NCBI RefSeq assembly: GCF_049554935.1
Contig: NZ_CP186926.1
Location: 1,152,001-1,216,000 of the forward strand
Reading direction: 5' to 3'
Length of the DNA: 64,000 bases
Source: Methanocaldococcus indicus
Lineage (GTDB): Archaea > AGJL01 > Methanococci > Methanococcales > Methanocaldococcaceae
In this document: positions 50,884 through 61,021 of the stretch, one piece after another
How the letters are laid out: every line of letters starts with the position of its first letter
Position numbering within the stretch: the first letter of the stretch is position 1
Program-made: the position numbers and the translations under genes
The notes under the pieces: model-generated
The model's input: the letters and a program-made list of their open reading frames with translations, nothing else
Told to the model about the DNA's origin: nothing
The model's database searches: none

Positions 50884-53121
50884 ATGGTTGTTAAAGAGAT
50901 TATTGAAGGGGCAAAATTAGCATTAAATTTAGCAAGAGATTTAGCAAATAAAGAAGATGACAATCTAAAATTAGAGTATCCTGGGACTTCTTACAACTTA
51001 CCTATAATCTATGGTTTATTAGGAAAAGAAATAAAAACAGTTAAAGATTTAAAAGAGTTATTAAATTCATTGGAAGTTAAAGATGAAGAAACTTTGGAGA
51101 ATGCTTTAAATTCTGGGGTTATAACTTTAATAGCTGCTGAAGCAATTGAAGCTCTAAAATATGCAAAAGGTAATCCTTACACTGATACAACAGGATTTAT
51201 TCCTGATGAAATTTTAAGAGGTTTGGGAGTTCCATTAGTTGAAGGGAAGATTCCAGCTATTTTAGTTGTTATTGGAAAAGTAGGAGATAAAGAAAAGCTA
51301 AAAAAATTAGTTGAAGATATAAGAAAAAGAAATATTTTGGCTTTATTTGTTGGAGAAATAATTGATGAGCTAAAAGATGCAAATATAGATTTGGGGTTAG
51401 ATACTCTTTTAGTGCCTATTGGTAGAGAAATAACTTCTGCTGCTCATGCCGCTAATTTAGCAGTTAGAGCACCTTTAATTTTTGGAAATATTAAACCAGG
51501 AAATACTGAAGAAATTATTAGTTATTTAAAAGATAGAGTGCCAGCAATAGTTATAGCTTTGGGAGATTTAGATAATATAACTCTCTCAGCTGGAGCAGGA
51601 TGTATAAAAGCAGGAATTCCTGTTATAACTAATAATAAAGTCCCAGTTATAGAAAAAGCTTTGGAGTATTCTGATATTGATAATATAGTTGAGAATGCCT
51701 TAAAAATGAAAGATATTGAAGTTAAAGTTAAAGAGTTTAAAATTCCAGTATCAGTAGGACCGATGAATGAAGGGGAGAGGATAAGGAAGCCCGATATGTA
51801 TGTAGAATTAGCTGGACCAAAGAGTTATGGATTTGAGTTAGTGAGAGTAGATAACAACGCAGAGGATAAAGTTGAAATTATAGGGAAAGATTTAGATGAA
51901 TTAGAGGAAGGAAAAGCTCATCCTTTCGCTATTATTGTTAAAGTTAAAGGTAAGGATTTGGAAGAAGATTTAGAAGGAGTTTTAGAGAGAAGAGTCCATG
52001 AATTTTTTAACTATATAGAAGGGGTTATGCATTTAAATCAAAGAGACCAAGTGTGGATAAGGGTTTCAAAAGATGCTTTTAAAAAAGGTTTAAGATTAAA
52101 ACATATTGGTGAAGTTATTAAAGATTTGTTTAAAGAGCATTTCCCAATAATTGAGAGTTGCGAAGTAACTATAATAACTGACCCCGAAAAAGTTAAAGAA
52201 GAATTAGAAAAAGCCAAAGAGATATATAAGAAAAGAGACGAAAAAACCAAATCAATTAGAGAAGAGGATGTAGATGTATTTTATGGTTGTATAATGTGTC
52301 AAAGTTTTGCTCCAACACACGTATGTGTTATAACTCCTGATAGACCTTCATTATGTGGAAGTATAAACTATTTAGATGCGAGAGCAGCTGCAAAGATAGA
52401 CCCTAATGGACCAATATTTGCAATTGAAAAAGAAGAATGTTTAGATGAAAAATTAGGAATTTATTCAGGGGTTAATAAAGTTGTTGAAGAATATAGTCAA
52501 GGAGCTGTTAAACAATTTGCTCTACATTCATGTTTAGAAAGTCCATGCACATCCTGTGGATGTTTTGAGGCGGTAGCGTTTTATATTCCAGAAGTAGATG
52601 GATTTGGGATAGTGCATAGGAACTTTAAAGGAGAGACACCATTAGGAATACCGTTTTCAACATTAGCGGGACAGTGTAGCGGAGGAAACCAAGTTCCTGG
52701 ATTCGTTGGAATATCAATTAGTTATATGCAATCTCCTAAATTCTTACAAGGAGATGGTGGATGGAACAGAGTAGTATGGCTACCGAGGGAATTAAAAGAG
52801 AGAGTTAAAGAAGCGATACCAAAAGAGATATATGATAAGATAGCAACAGAGGAAGATGTAAAAAATACTGATGAACTTAGAAATTTCTTAAAAGAGAAAG
52901 GACATCCAGTAATTAATCTATGGGAAAAAGAAGAAACAAAAGAAGAAGTTGAAGAAAAAGAAGAACCTAAAAAAGAAACTGAAACTAAAAAGGTTGAAGA
53001 GAAAAAAGAAGAAGATAAAACTATGGACTTTGTTAAGTTTGTTGAACTTCTACCTCCTGGAATCAAAATAGAGCTCACTAATGTAATAATAAAAGCTGAT
53101 AAAATTATTATTAAGAAATAG
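50884..53121 (+). CDS. cdhC: Acetyl-CoA synthase (ACDS beta / AcsB, long form with N-terminal domain)
   Basis: EGERIRK, LERRVH, CIMCQSFAPTHVC, CTSCGCFE and GGWNRVVWLP motifs. Confidence 0.9.
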   Translation: MVVKEIIEGAKLALNLARDLANKEDDNLKLEYPGTSYNLPIIYGLLGKEIKTVKDLKELLNSLEVKDEETLENALNSGVITLIAAEAIEALKYAKGNPYTDTTGFIPDEILRGLGVPLVEGKIPAILVVIGKVGDKEKLKKLVEDIRKRNILALFVGEIIDELKDANIDLGLDTLLVPIGREITSAAHAANLAVRAPLIFGNIKPGNTEEIISYLKDRVPAIVIALGDLDNITLSAGAGCIKAGIPVITNNKVPVIEKALEYSDIDNIVENALKMKDIEVKVKEFKIPVSVGPMNEGERIRKPDMYVELAGPKSYGFELVRVDNNAEDKVEIIGKDLDELEEGKAHPFAIIVKVKGKDLEEDLEGVLERRVHEFFNYIEGVMHLNQRDQVWIRVSKDAFKKGLRLKHIGEVIKDLFKEHFPIIESCEVTIITDPEKVKEELEKAKEIYKKRDEKTKSIREEDVDVFYGCIMCQSFAPTHVCVITPDRPSLCGSINYLDARAAAKIDPNGPIFAIEKEECLDEKLGIYSGVNKVVEEYSQGAVKQFALHSCLESPCTSCGCFEAVAFYIPEVDGFGIVHRNFKGETPLGIPFSTLAGQCSGGNQVPGFVGISISYMQSPKFLQGDGGWNRVVWLPRELKERVKEAIPKEIYDKIATEEDVKNTDELRNFLKEKGHPVINLWEKEETKEEVEEKEEPKKETETKKVEEKKEEDKTMDFVKFVELLPPGIKIELTNVIIKADKIIIKK

Positions 53122-53123
53122 AT

Positions 53124-53158
53124 GAGCATGCCTCCCTATAAAAGGGTTCGGCATGCTC
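53124..53158 (-). promoter_or_regulatory. Archaeal SECIS element in the selD 3' UTR
   Basis: The minus strand reads GAGCAUGCC-GAA-CCC-UUUUAUA-GGG-A-GGCAUGCUC. This is a 9-bp lower stem, a GAA/A internal loop and three C-G pairs, matching the Methanococcales SECIS consensus. Confidence 0.93.
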
Positions 53159-53225
53159 TCAAACATTAAAATTATTTCTGATTTATTTTATTATTAGATT
53201 TTTAACTTTATTATTAGTTTTTGAT

Positions 53226-53242
53226 TGCCCAGCACCGAGCTT
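53226..53242. repeat. 17-bp inverted-repeat arm (selD stop codon / 3' UTR)
   Basis: TGCCCAGCACCGAGCTT is the exact reverse complement of 54195..54211. Confidence 0.95.
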
Positions 53243-54257
53243 AAACTTCTAAAACTTTAACATCTTTACTTAAATAAGCTTTATTCCCTTTTCTTTTTAC
53301 TTCTCCAACTTCAAATGCATAAACTACTTTTTCTAATTCACTAATTAAATCATCCTTATACTCTCTTTTTGTAGATATTAACAAACCTCCTGCAGTTTCA
53401 GCAGAATAACCTTCTAATAATGGATGCCCAAAATTTTTACTTAGTTCTGGTGTCCCTCTAATACATGGTAGAAGATTTATTTCAATATCTACACCACTAA
53501 ATTTAGCAATATCATTTGCATGCCCTAATAAACCAAATCCAGTAACATCAGTTAAAGCATTTGCTATTTTATCTCCAACTTTTTTCTCAGCTTTTCTTAA
53601 AGCCAATAAGGATTTTCTATTAGATGTTGTCATTAACTCAATTGCTTTATTTATTATATATTCAGCTTCTTCTTTTGATATATTTAACATATCTCTAAAT
53701 TCTTCTGGCACTCTACTCAATGCCATTGCCGGCTGTGTTCCTAATGGTTTAGTTAAAATTAAGACATCTCCCACATTAGCTCCTTTTTTTGTTAATAGTT
53801 CTTCCTCACGTCCAACTCCTGTAACTGCTCCACCAATTAATGGCCAGGGATTCAGTATAGTGTGTCCTCCAACAATTGATGTTTTATCTTCTCTACAAAA
53901 ATCTTGGAATCCTTTTAACATATCCTTAGCCATTTGTATAGGCATCTTTTCAGGAATTCCTACAATTGCAAGAACACCAACAACATCTAAAAATCCCATA
54001 GCATAAATATCACTTAAAGAGTTGCAAGCAGCAATTTTTCCCTGAATGTAGGGATTATCTACAATTGGAGTAAAGACATCTACTGTCTTAGCAATTAATA
54101 AATTACCTCTTTTTATAACAGATGCATCATCTCCTAAACCAACAACACAATCTTTTAAATCTTCATCTAAAACTATGCCTTTAACTAAATTTTCAAGCTC
54201 GGTGCTGGGCAGCTTACAAGCTCATCCATGTAGTTTAACCATCTCAGTTAATCTCAT
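53241..54257 (-). CDS. selD: Selenide, water dikinase (selenophosphate synthetase), selenoprotein with UGA-Sec at codon 12 (54222-54224)
   Basis: ATG at 54257 reads MRLTEMVKLHG-U-ACKLPSTELE, then GDDAS, DVFTPIVD, NSLSDIYAMG, GGHT, LTKPLG, TDVTGFGLLGH and ETAGGLL. A SECIS lies downstream. Confidence 0.95.
54195..54211. repeat. 17-bp inverted-repeat arm (selD coding, 11 nt downstream of the Sec UGA)
   Basis: AAGCTCGGTGCTGGGCA is the exact reverse complement of 53226..53242. Confidence 0.95.
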
Positions 54258-54438
54258 ATTTTATCACCATCTTATAAACTAATTCATAAATCAACTTTAA
54301 AATAATTAACTCAAAAAATAATAAATTTTATCAAAAGATTTTATTTAGCTTGGTATGGATATTAAAGAATTTTATGAAAAATAGAAGATATTAAAAATTC
54401 TAATATGGTTAATTCAATAAAATATAATTTCAAATAAA

Positions 54439-55524
54439 TTAATAAATAATTTTATCTAACATATCAAATTCTAAAGCTAATTTTATTTCTCTTGCTATTC
54501 TTTGACCCATACTCATTGGTTCATTATATAGTATGTAAGAATAAGGAGAACCATTCATAAAGCTGTTTGTTCCTCCATCTATTCTTGCAGACATTTCAAA
54601 GACAACCAACTCTAAATTTTCTGTGCATAAACTTTGTAAGCAGAAAGGACCAACAATTCCAGGAGGAACTAACTCCTTGGCTGATTTAACTAATTTATCT
54701 CCCATATCAAACACTAATGGTAATAAGCTCTCTCTTATCACTACTGGAAAGTTCCCAGTTATTACATAACTTGGTTCCATATCTAACTCTAACTGTTCCT
54801 TAGCAGGAATTCTAACTAATCCATCAATATTGCTCTCATATCTTCTATCTATTCCTAAAAGCTCAACTTCATTTTTTAATGGTGAATAGAAATAATGTAG
54901 GCAATAGTTGGCTCCAACAACATACTCCTCTATATGTGCTCTTTCAATATCTTCATCATCTAAAATTCCTCTTTCTTTTAAAAGATTTGCTTTTTTGTAA
55001 AACTCTTCTTTTGAATTAGCTATGAAATAACCTTTTCCTCCTCTTGCTCCTGGAAATTTTACTATAACTGCTCTATCTATCTCATCAGGAGAATTAAATT
55101 TTTTAGGAATTCTTATATTTCCATTCTCTAAAATTTTTCTTTCTAAATCTCTCTCAGCTTCCCATCTTAATATCTTCCTATTTCCAAACATTGGAACTAA
55201 AAAGTTATTCTCAATATTATCTAAACCACAATATGCAATAAATGAACCATGAGGGACAACTATGGCATTTAACTCTCTTAATTTCTCTTGAACTTCTTCA
55301 TTTTTTATATCTTTAAAGTCATCTATGTAAATAAATTTATCAGCCACTCTAAACCTTTTGTATGGAACATCTCTCCCTTTTACAGTTATACAGACTGTTG
55401 AAAATCCTTCTAACTTAGCTCCTTTTAATATATGGAGAGCTGTATGACTTCCTACTGTTGCAATAGTTATTTCATCCCTATTGTATGTATCTAAAATTTC
55501 AAGAATTTCTTCTTTCTTTATCAT
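54439..55524 (-). CDS. purP: FAICAR synthetase (formate-dependent, ATP-grasp)
   Basis: GSHTALHI, PHGSF, GARGGKGYF, RYESNIDG and SARIDGGTN motifs. Confidence 0.92.
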   Translation of the reverse strand: MIKKEEILEILDTYNRDEITIATVGSHTALHILKGAKLEGFSTVCITVKGRDVPYKRFRVADKFIYIDDFKDIKNEEVQEKLRELNAIVVPHGSFIAYCGLDNIENNFLVPMFGNRKILRWEAERDLERKILENGNIRIPKKFNSPDEIDRAVIVKFPGARGGKGYFIANSKEEFYKKANLLKERGILDDEDIERAHIEEYVVGANYCLHYFYSPLKNEVELLGIDRRYESNIDGLVRIPAKEQLELDMEPSYVITGNFPVVIRESLLPLVFDMGDKLVKSAKELVPPGIVGPFCLQSLCTENLELVVFEMSARIDGGTNSFMNGSPYSYILYNEPMSMGQRIAREIKLALEFDMLDKIIY

Positions 55525-56588
55525 TATTCCACTCTTTTCATTTTCAATCTTGAAATTTTTCTGATTTCATCAAAGTTAATCTTTTCATCAATATGTACAT
55601 ATCCATTATATACAGCTCTCTTGAATAATCCTTCTCCCCATTTATTTCTTATTAGAACTGTTGAGTAGTTCTCTCCACTACCTACGTTACCAATAGAAAT
55701 ATCTGCCTTTTGAGCTGTGAAGTCATTACAAAACTTACAACCTTCTCTCATAGCTTTTTCAATATCAACTAATTTATATTTTTTGGATGTCCCATCAATC
55801 AAGTATATATTTAACTTCCCTTTACTAATCTCCATCTTTTTTATTTCCCAAGGTTCTATATTGTCCTTTTTTAATATCTCAACTAACTTATTATAATCAT
55901 AAATCTCAAAACAAAACAATCCTATTTTAAACTTAATAGCTTTTCTAAATGGTGCTAATAAATCATTATCAGATGCTAAGATTTTAGCAACAGCATCCAT
56001 AACACATGGAGTCCCAACTATTGCTAACCTCTCTAACTTTTCTTCCATAACAGCTCTTTTTAATGCTCTTAATGGTGGTTCTCTCCATAAATATTTACTT
56101 CCTGCTGTTTTTAAAACATCTTCTTTATTTTTAGCTAAATATGAGTAAGGAGAGAGAGTAAATCTGTCTATATTCATTACAATAGCTCCATCTATTAAAT
56201 CCTCTTCAAATGCATTATATAAAATAGATGAAACTACTCCCCCATTTTGAGCATATTTAATATTTAATGTTGATTTTGCAGCATAAGCTTTTAAATAGTT
56301 TCCAATTTCATCACTTACATAATAGTTTCCTACTCTTGGACATGCATCATAACAAGCCCCACAAGGGACATCATAAACAGTAGTTTTACAAAACTCTGCA
56401 GATATTGGATAATGTCTCTCTTCTTCATAAGTAGCTATACAAAAAGAACAGCTATCACACTCAAACTTTACAGGACTCTCCTCTTTAAAATATAAATTAT
56501 CTGCTGGACACACAGATGTGCAAGCTCCACATCCAGAACATCTATGTTTATTCCACACCTCTAACTCTAAATCTTTGTATGTTTTCAT
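55524..56588 (-). CDS. FrhB-like F420-binding Fe-S subunit associated with glutamate synthase
   Basis: CSGCGACTSVCP, QNGGVVS, GSKY, VGTPC, IGLFC and CKFCNDF..ADISIG motifs. Confidence 0.85.
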   Translation of the reverse strand: MKTYKDLELEVWNKHRCSGCGACTSVCPADNLYFKEESPVKFECDSCSFCIATYEEERHYPISAEFCKTTVYDVPCGACYDACPRVGNYYVSDEIGNYLKAYAAKSTLNIKYAQNGGVVSSILYNAFEEDLIDGAIVMNIDRFTLSPYSYLAKNKEDVLKTAGSKYLWREPPLRALKRAVMEEKLERLAIVGTPCVMDAVAKILASDNDLLAPFRKAIKFKIGLFCFEIYDYNKLVEILKKDNIEPWEIKKMEISKGKLNIYLIDGTSKKYKLVDIEKAMREGCKFCNDFTAQKADISIGNVGSGENYSTVLIRNKWGEGLFKRAVYNGYVHIDEKINFDEIRKISRLKMKRVE

Positions 56589-56600
56589 GTCCTCACCTTC

Positions 56601-57374
56601 TTAAAATAAATCAGGAGTATATAGCTTACCAAATGGTCTTTTGGATATAGGTGCTATTTTTGTCCATTTTGAATATAGTAAGTCATCAAACTTATCCTCT
56701 AAATTGAAATATTTACAAAAATCTTTAACATCTTCTTCAATATTTTTTAAATCCTCATCAGTGAATTCTTTTATATCAGCTGCAACACCAAGCTGTTTCT
56801 TGTCTATATTTCCTCTTATGTAAATAACTCCTCCATGTATTCCTGTCCCTATCATTCTCCCCTTTATCTTTCCTAAATCATTTCCCTTCTCATCAATATT
56901 TAGAACAATTATTTTTCCTCCAGCCATATACTCTCCTAAGAAATCCTTAGCAGTTCCTCCTATAACAAGAACAGGAACCTTATCTTTATATGCCTTCATA
57001 TGTATTCCACTTCTATAACCAACATCTCCTCTAACAAAAACCTTTCCTCCTCTCATTGAATGAGCAGTAACATCTCCACTGTTTCCATATATTATAATTC
57101 TTCCATCATCCATAGTGTTTCCAGGAGCAAATTCACAGTTTCCATATACATAAATTGTTGGACCACTCATAAACATTCCTAAATCTCCACCAGGTGTTCC
57201 ATATATCTCAATAGTTAAATCTTTTTTTCTTAATCCATTAGCTATAAACCTCTGTCCTAAAACATTCTTTAAAATTATCTTTTTTAAGTCAGAATTTTCC
57301 TCAATAACTTTATGAATTTTTTCATTAAGTTCTCTATAATGTAAATCCTTAGCATCTATTTCAACAACTTCCAT
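56601..57374 (-). CDS. Glutamate synthase large-subunit domain 3 (GXGXG)
   Basis: GQRFI, GNTMDDG, GDVGYRSGIHM and DFLGEYMAGG motifs. Confidence 0.88.
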   Translation of the reverse strand: MEVVEIDAKDLHYRELNEKIHKVIEENSDLKKIILKNVLGQRFIANGLRKKDLTIEIYGTPGGDLGMFMSGPTIYVYGNCEFAPGNTMDDGRIIIYGNSGDVTAHSMRGGKVFVRGDVGYRSGIHMKAYKDKVPVLVIGGTAKDFLGEYMAGGKIIVLNIDEKGNDLGKIKGRMIGTGIHGGVIYIRGNIDKKQLGVAADIKEFTDEDLKNIEEDVKDFCKYFNLEDKFDDLLYSKWTKIAPISKRPFGKLYTPDLF

Positions 57375-57408
57375 AACCTATCCCCTCAAAAAAATAAAAA
57401 AGGTTTTT

Positions 57409-58920
57409 TTATTCACCAGCAGCTTTAATTCCTAATATTTCAAGCTCTTTCTCAGTTAATCCAACTCCTCTTAATCTATCTCTATTACCTCTTAGACTTT
57501 CTATTGCATTAATTCCATTAGCTCCTAAGAGTTCTTTTATTTCATGTGTCCAAGCTTTTATTAAGTTTGCTACTCTTTCAGCTCCTTTTTCTGGGTCTAA
57601 TCTTTTAACTAACTCTGGTCTTTGTGTTGCTATTCCCCATGCACATAATCCTGTGTAACATCTACCACAAACTCTACATCCAAGTGCTACCATTGCAGCT
57701 GTTCCTATATAAACAGCATCTGCTCCCAAAGCAATTGCTTTAAATACATCTGCTGAATTTCTAATTCCACCACTTGCTATAATACTTATCTCATTTCTTA
57801 AACCTTCTTCTCTTAATCTTCTATCCACAGTAGCAATTGCCATCTCTATAGGAATTCCTACATGGTCTCTAAATACCTTTGGAGCTGCTCCTGTTCCTCC
57901 TCTATATCCATCTATAACAACTGCATCAGCATCACTTGTGGCTATACCAACTGCAATTGCAGGAGCATTGTGAACAGCAGATATTTTAACAAACACTGGC
58001 TTTTTCCATCTTGTTGCCTCTTTTAAACTTCTAACTAATTGTGCTAAATCTTCAATTGAATATATATCATGGTGAGGAGCTGGGGATATAGCATCACTTC
58101 CCTCAGGAATCATCCTTGTTGCAGATATCTCTGCTGTAACTTTTTCTCCTGGAAGATGCCCACCAATTCCTGGCTTAGCTCCTTGTCCTATTTTTATCTC
58201 AATAGCTGCTCCTTTTTCTAAATATTCAGGAGTAACTCCAAATCTTCCACTTGCAACTTGTGTAATTATGTTAGATGCATAAGGATATAGTTCTTTTGGC
58301 AATCCTCCTTCCCCTGTTCCCATAAATGTTCCACATTCTTTAACAGCTTTGGCAAAAGATAAATGAGCATTTAATGATAAAGCTCCATAAGACATGTGTG
58401 CAATCATTATAGGAGTATCTAACTTTAAATTAGGGGCTATCTTTGTTTTCAATTTAACTTTTTTGTATTCATCAAATTCTATCTCCAACTGTTTAGGTTT
58501 CTTTCCTATGTATGTCCTTAATTCCATTGGTTCTCTTAGAGGGTCAATAGATGGGTTAGTTACTTGACATGCATCTAATACAATTCTATCAAAATATACA
58601 GGATGTTCCATAGCATTTGCCATTCCACTTAATAATATCTTTCCAGTTTTTGCTTGATTGTAGTTATCTCTCCTTATATCTGCTGTCCATAGTGGATGGC
58701 TCCTCCAATCAACTGGCTCCTCTATTATTGTTATAGCATTTCTTGGACACATTGCTACACATCTATGACATGCTCCACATCTATTGGGGTAGATAACTAT
58801 CCTATCTCTCTCTTTCCTATAAACTCCCCAGGAACATTCTACTGTACATCTACCACATAGCATACATCTACTATAATCAATAACTGGCTGATACTTTGGT
58901 GGCACATAACTTGGAATCAT
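57409..58920 (-). CDS. Archaeal glutamate synthase, FMN domain with N-terminal ferredoxin
   Basis: Two CxxCxxCxxxC motifs, MSYGALS, TGEGG, QVASGRFGV, GQGAKPGIGGHL and CRVCGRCYTGLC. Confidence 0.92.
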   Translation of the reverse strand: MIPSYVPPKYQPVIDYSRCMLCGRCTVECSWGVYRKERDRIVIYPNRCGACHRCVAMCPRNAITIIEEPVDWRSHPLWTADIRRDNYNQAKTGKILLSGMANAMEHPVYFDRIVLDACQVTNPSIDPLREPMELRTYIGKKPKQLEIEFDEYKKVKLKTKIAPNLKLDTPIMIAHMSYGALSLNAHLSFAKAVKECGTFMGTGEGGLPKELYPYASNIITQVASGRFGVTPEYLEKGAAIEIKIGQGAKPGIGGHLPGEKVTAEISATRMIPEGSDAISPAPHHDIYSIEDLAQLVRSLKEATRWKKPVFVKISAVHNAPAIAVGIATSDADAVVIDGYRGGTGAAPKVFRDHVGIPIEMAIATVDRRLREEGLRNEISIIASGGIRNSADVFKAIALGADAVYIGTAAMVALGCRVCGRCYTGLCAWGIATQRPELVKRLDPEKGAERVANLIKAWTHEIKELLGANGINAIESLRGNRDRLRGVGLTEKELEILGIKAAGE

Positions 58921-58925
58921 ACTTA

Positions 58926-60014
58926 TCACTTCCAAACTCTTGCTATTACTGGCTCTCCTGCATCAGGCATCCAAACTCTATCTAAGTTAGAGCATATCTT
59001 CCTTATAGCTGATTCTTCACTTGAAACAAATAATAAATCATCTTTTTCAGCTGCAACTAATGGTCTTAGTTTTATTCTATCTGTTAGCCCAAACATTGTT
59101 GTATCTTCTTCTATCTCTCCATTCATAAACAATAGTCCTCCTGGTGTAGCAACTGCAATAGCAAAAGGTCCATTTAACATAGCTCCTCCATAAGTTAATC
59201 TAATAGCTTTGTGCAACTCTCTCTCTTCCTCTGGCATATCATCAATTTCATTCCAGAATCTTGGAGCTAATGCAGTTGTTGCTAATTCCAAAGGTAATCT
59301 ATGCTTTCTTAATAATAAATCTAATATGTAGGTAACAACCTCAGTATCAGTTAATAATCTACACTTATAACCAAACATTTCTACAAATCTTCTATTTGTT
59401 CCATAACTTGTTATCTCACCATTATGGACTACACTCCAATTTAGTAAGTTGAATGGATGTGCTCCTCCCCACCAGGCTTTTGTGTTTGTTGGATATCTTG
59501 CATGAGCTAACCATAAATAACCTTCATACTTATCTATTCTAAAAAATTCAGCTACCTCTTCTGGCCATCCAACAGCTTTAAAAACACCTAAATCTTTACC
59601 ACTTGATATAACATAAGCCCCATCTACATTGTCATTAATTTCCATAACAATATCTACAATAACATCCTCTTCTCTATCTGAATATTTTTCATCAACTTCA
59701 TAAAAGTATCTCCATGGAATATGAACTTTTTCAATTATTCCTTCCTCAGTAGGGATTTCTTCATCCTTAACTATTGTTCCATACTGTTCTAAAACATTTT
59801 CAACAGCAACTTTTATTTTTTCAAATTTTGGGCTGTTATCTATTAATATATGAAAAGCATAGCAATCTTTGTATTTTGTTGGATAAATTCCATAACCAAC
59901 ATATCCAGAACCTTTACCATTACCTCTTTCTTTTAAACTACATAATCCCAAAGCTATTTTTTTTCCATTAATCATCTTTTTTTTTCTACTCATAAAACCA
60001 ATAATTCCACACAT
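58926..60014 (-). CDS. Glutamate synthase amidotransferase domain (class II GATase)
   Basis: [26 protein letters not shown] and DRIKLRP motifs. Confidence 0.9.
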   Translation of the reverse strand: MCGIIGFMSRKKKMINGKKIALGLCSLKERGNGKGSGYVGYGIYPTKYKDCYAFHILIDNSPKFEKIKVAVENVLEQYGTIVKDEEIPTEEGIIEKVHIPWRYFYEVDEKYSDREEDVIVDIVMEINDNVDGAYVISSGKDLGVFKAVGWPEEVAEFFRIDKYEGYLWLAHARYPTNTKAWWGGAHPFNLLNWSVVHNGEITSYGTNRRFVEMFGYKCRLLTDTEVVTYILDLLLRKHRLPLELATTALAPRFWNEIDDMPEEERELHKAIRLTYGGAMLNGPFAIAVATPGGLLFMNGEIEEDTTMFGLTDRIKLRPLVAAEKDDLLFVSSEESAIRKICSNLDRVWMPDAGEPVIARVWK

Positions 60015-60133
60015 ATGAGAAACACCTCAATATCAATTAAAAGAGTATTTATAGATATAGAGAGGTAATATTTAAAATATTATTGTATGATATTAAGAAT
60101 ATTTAGTAAGGTTATTAGATGAGGTTATAGGTT

Positions 60134-61009
60134 ATGGAACTAACATTTATTCAGAAGGAGATTCTCCAAGAATTAATAAATATTTATAGAGAAAAAAATT
60201 GTCCAGTTAAAGGGACTGAAATAGCTTTAAGATTAAATAGAAATCCAGGAACTATAAGAAACCAAATGCAGGCTTTAAGAGCTTTGGATTTAGTTGATGG
60301 AGTTCCAGGACCTAAGGGAGGTTATGTTCCTACAAGTAAAGCATATAGAGTTTTGGGATTAGAAGATGAAGGAGAGATTATAGTTCCAATATATAAGAAT
60401 GGAAATAAAGTAGAAGGTGTGAAAGTTGTTAAGATAGAGTTTGATACTGTAAGTTATGAGAAGTGTTGTTTATCTAAAATATACATTGAAGGAGATACTA
60501 AACTCTTTAATATTGGAGATATTATAAAGGTTGGACCTACATATCATAATAAGATTATTATTTATGGAAGAATTATTGGAAGAGATGATATTCATAGAAT
60601 TTTGTTACTGGATGTATTTAGAGTTTGTAGTATTCCAAATGTCAAAGTTGGTGATATTGGTATAAAGAAAGTATATACCATCTCCCCAAATAATAGTTTA
60701 ATAGATGTTGCTAAATTATTTAATGAGAAAGATATTAGTGGAGCTCCTGTAGTTGAAAATAATAAAATTATAGGAATGATAACAATCCATGATTTAATTA
60801 AGAATATTGATAATATTAACAATAAACTTGTTAAAGATGTAATGTCAAAAAGAGTTATAACTATAAATAAAGATGAGAAGGTATATAATGCTTTAAAAAT
60901 TATGAATAAATACAACATTGGGAGATTACCAATAGTGGAAGATGATAAGTTAATTGGTATAATAACAAGGACAGATATTTTAAAATTACTTAGTGGAGAT
61001 ATTAACTAA
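60134..61009 (+). CDS. HTH + CBS-pair regulator
   Basis: NPGTIRNQMQ..GPKGGY and two CBS domains. Confidence 0.85.
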   Translation: MELTFIQKEILQELINIYREKNCPVKGTEIALRLNRNPGTIRNQMQALRALDLVDGVPGPKGGYVPTSKAYRVLGLEDEGEIIVPIYKNGNKVEGVKVVKIEFDTVSYEKCCLSKIYIEGDTKLFNIGDIIKVGPTYHNKIIIYGRIIGRDDIHRILLLDVFRVCSIPNVKVGDIGIKKVYTISPNNSLIDVAKLFNEKDISGAPVVENNKIIGMITIHDLIKNIDNINNKLVKDVMSKRVITINKDEKVYNALKIMNKYNIGRLPIVEDDKLIGIITRTDILKLLSGDIN

Positions 61010-61021
61010 TAATATTATATA

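Noticed and set aside
53124-53158. GC-rich hairpin as a simple intrinsic terminator for acsB
   Set aside because: The asymmetric GAA/A loop plus three C-G pairs on the minus strand matches the archaeal SECIS, and selD has an in-frame UGA.
53226-54211. The 17-bp inverted repeats as termini of a mobile element
   Set aside because: One arm encodes conserved SelD residues (LPSTEL), there is no target duplication or transposase, and the sequence is unrelated to the IS6 IRs.
53241-54257. selD as a pseudogene with a premature stop
   Set aside because: The TGA is at the catalytic Sec/Cys position and a SECIS is present.
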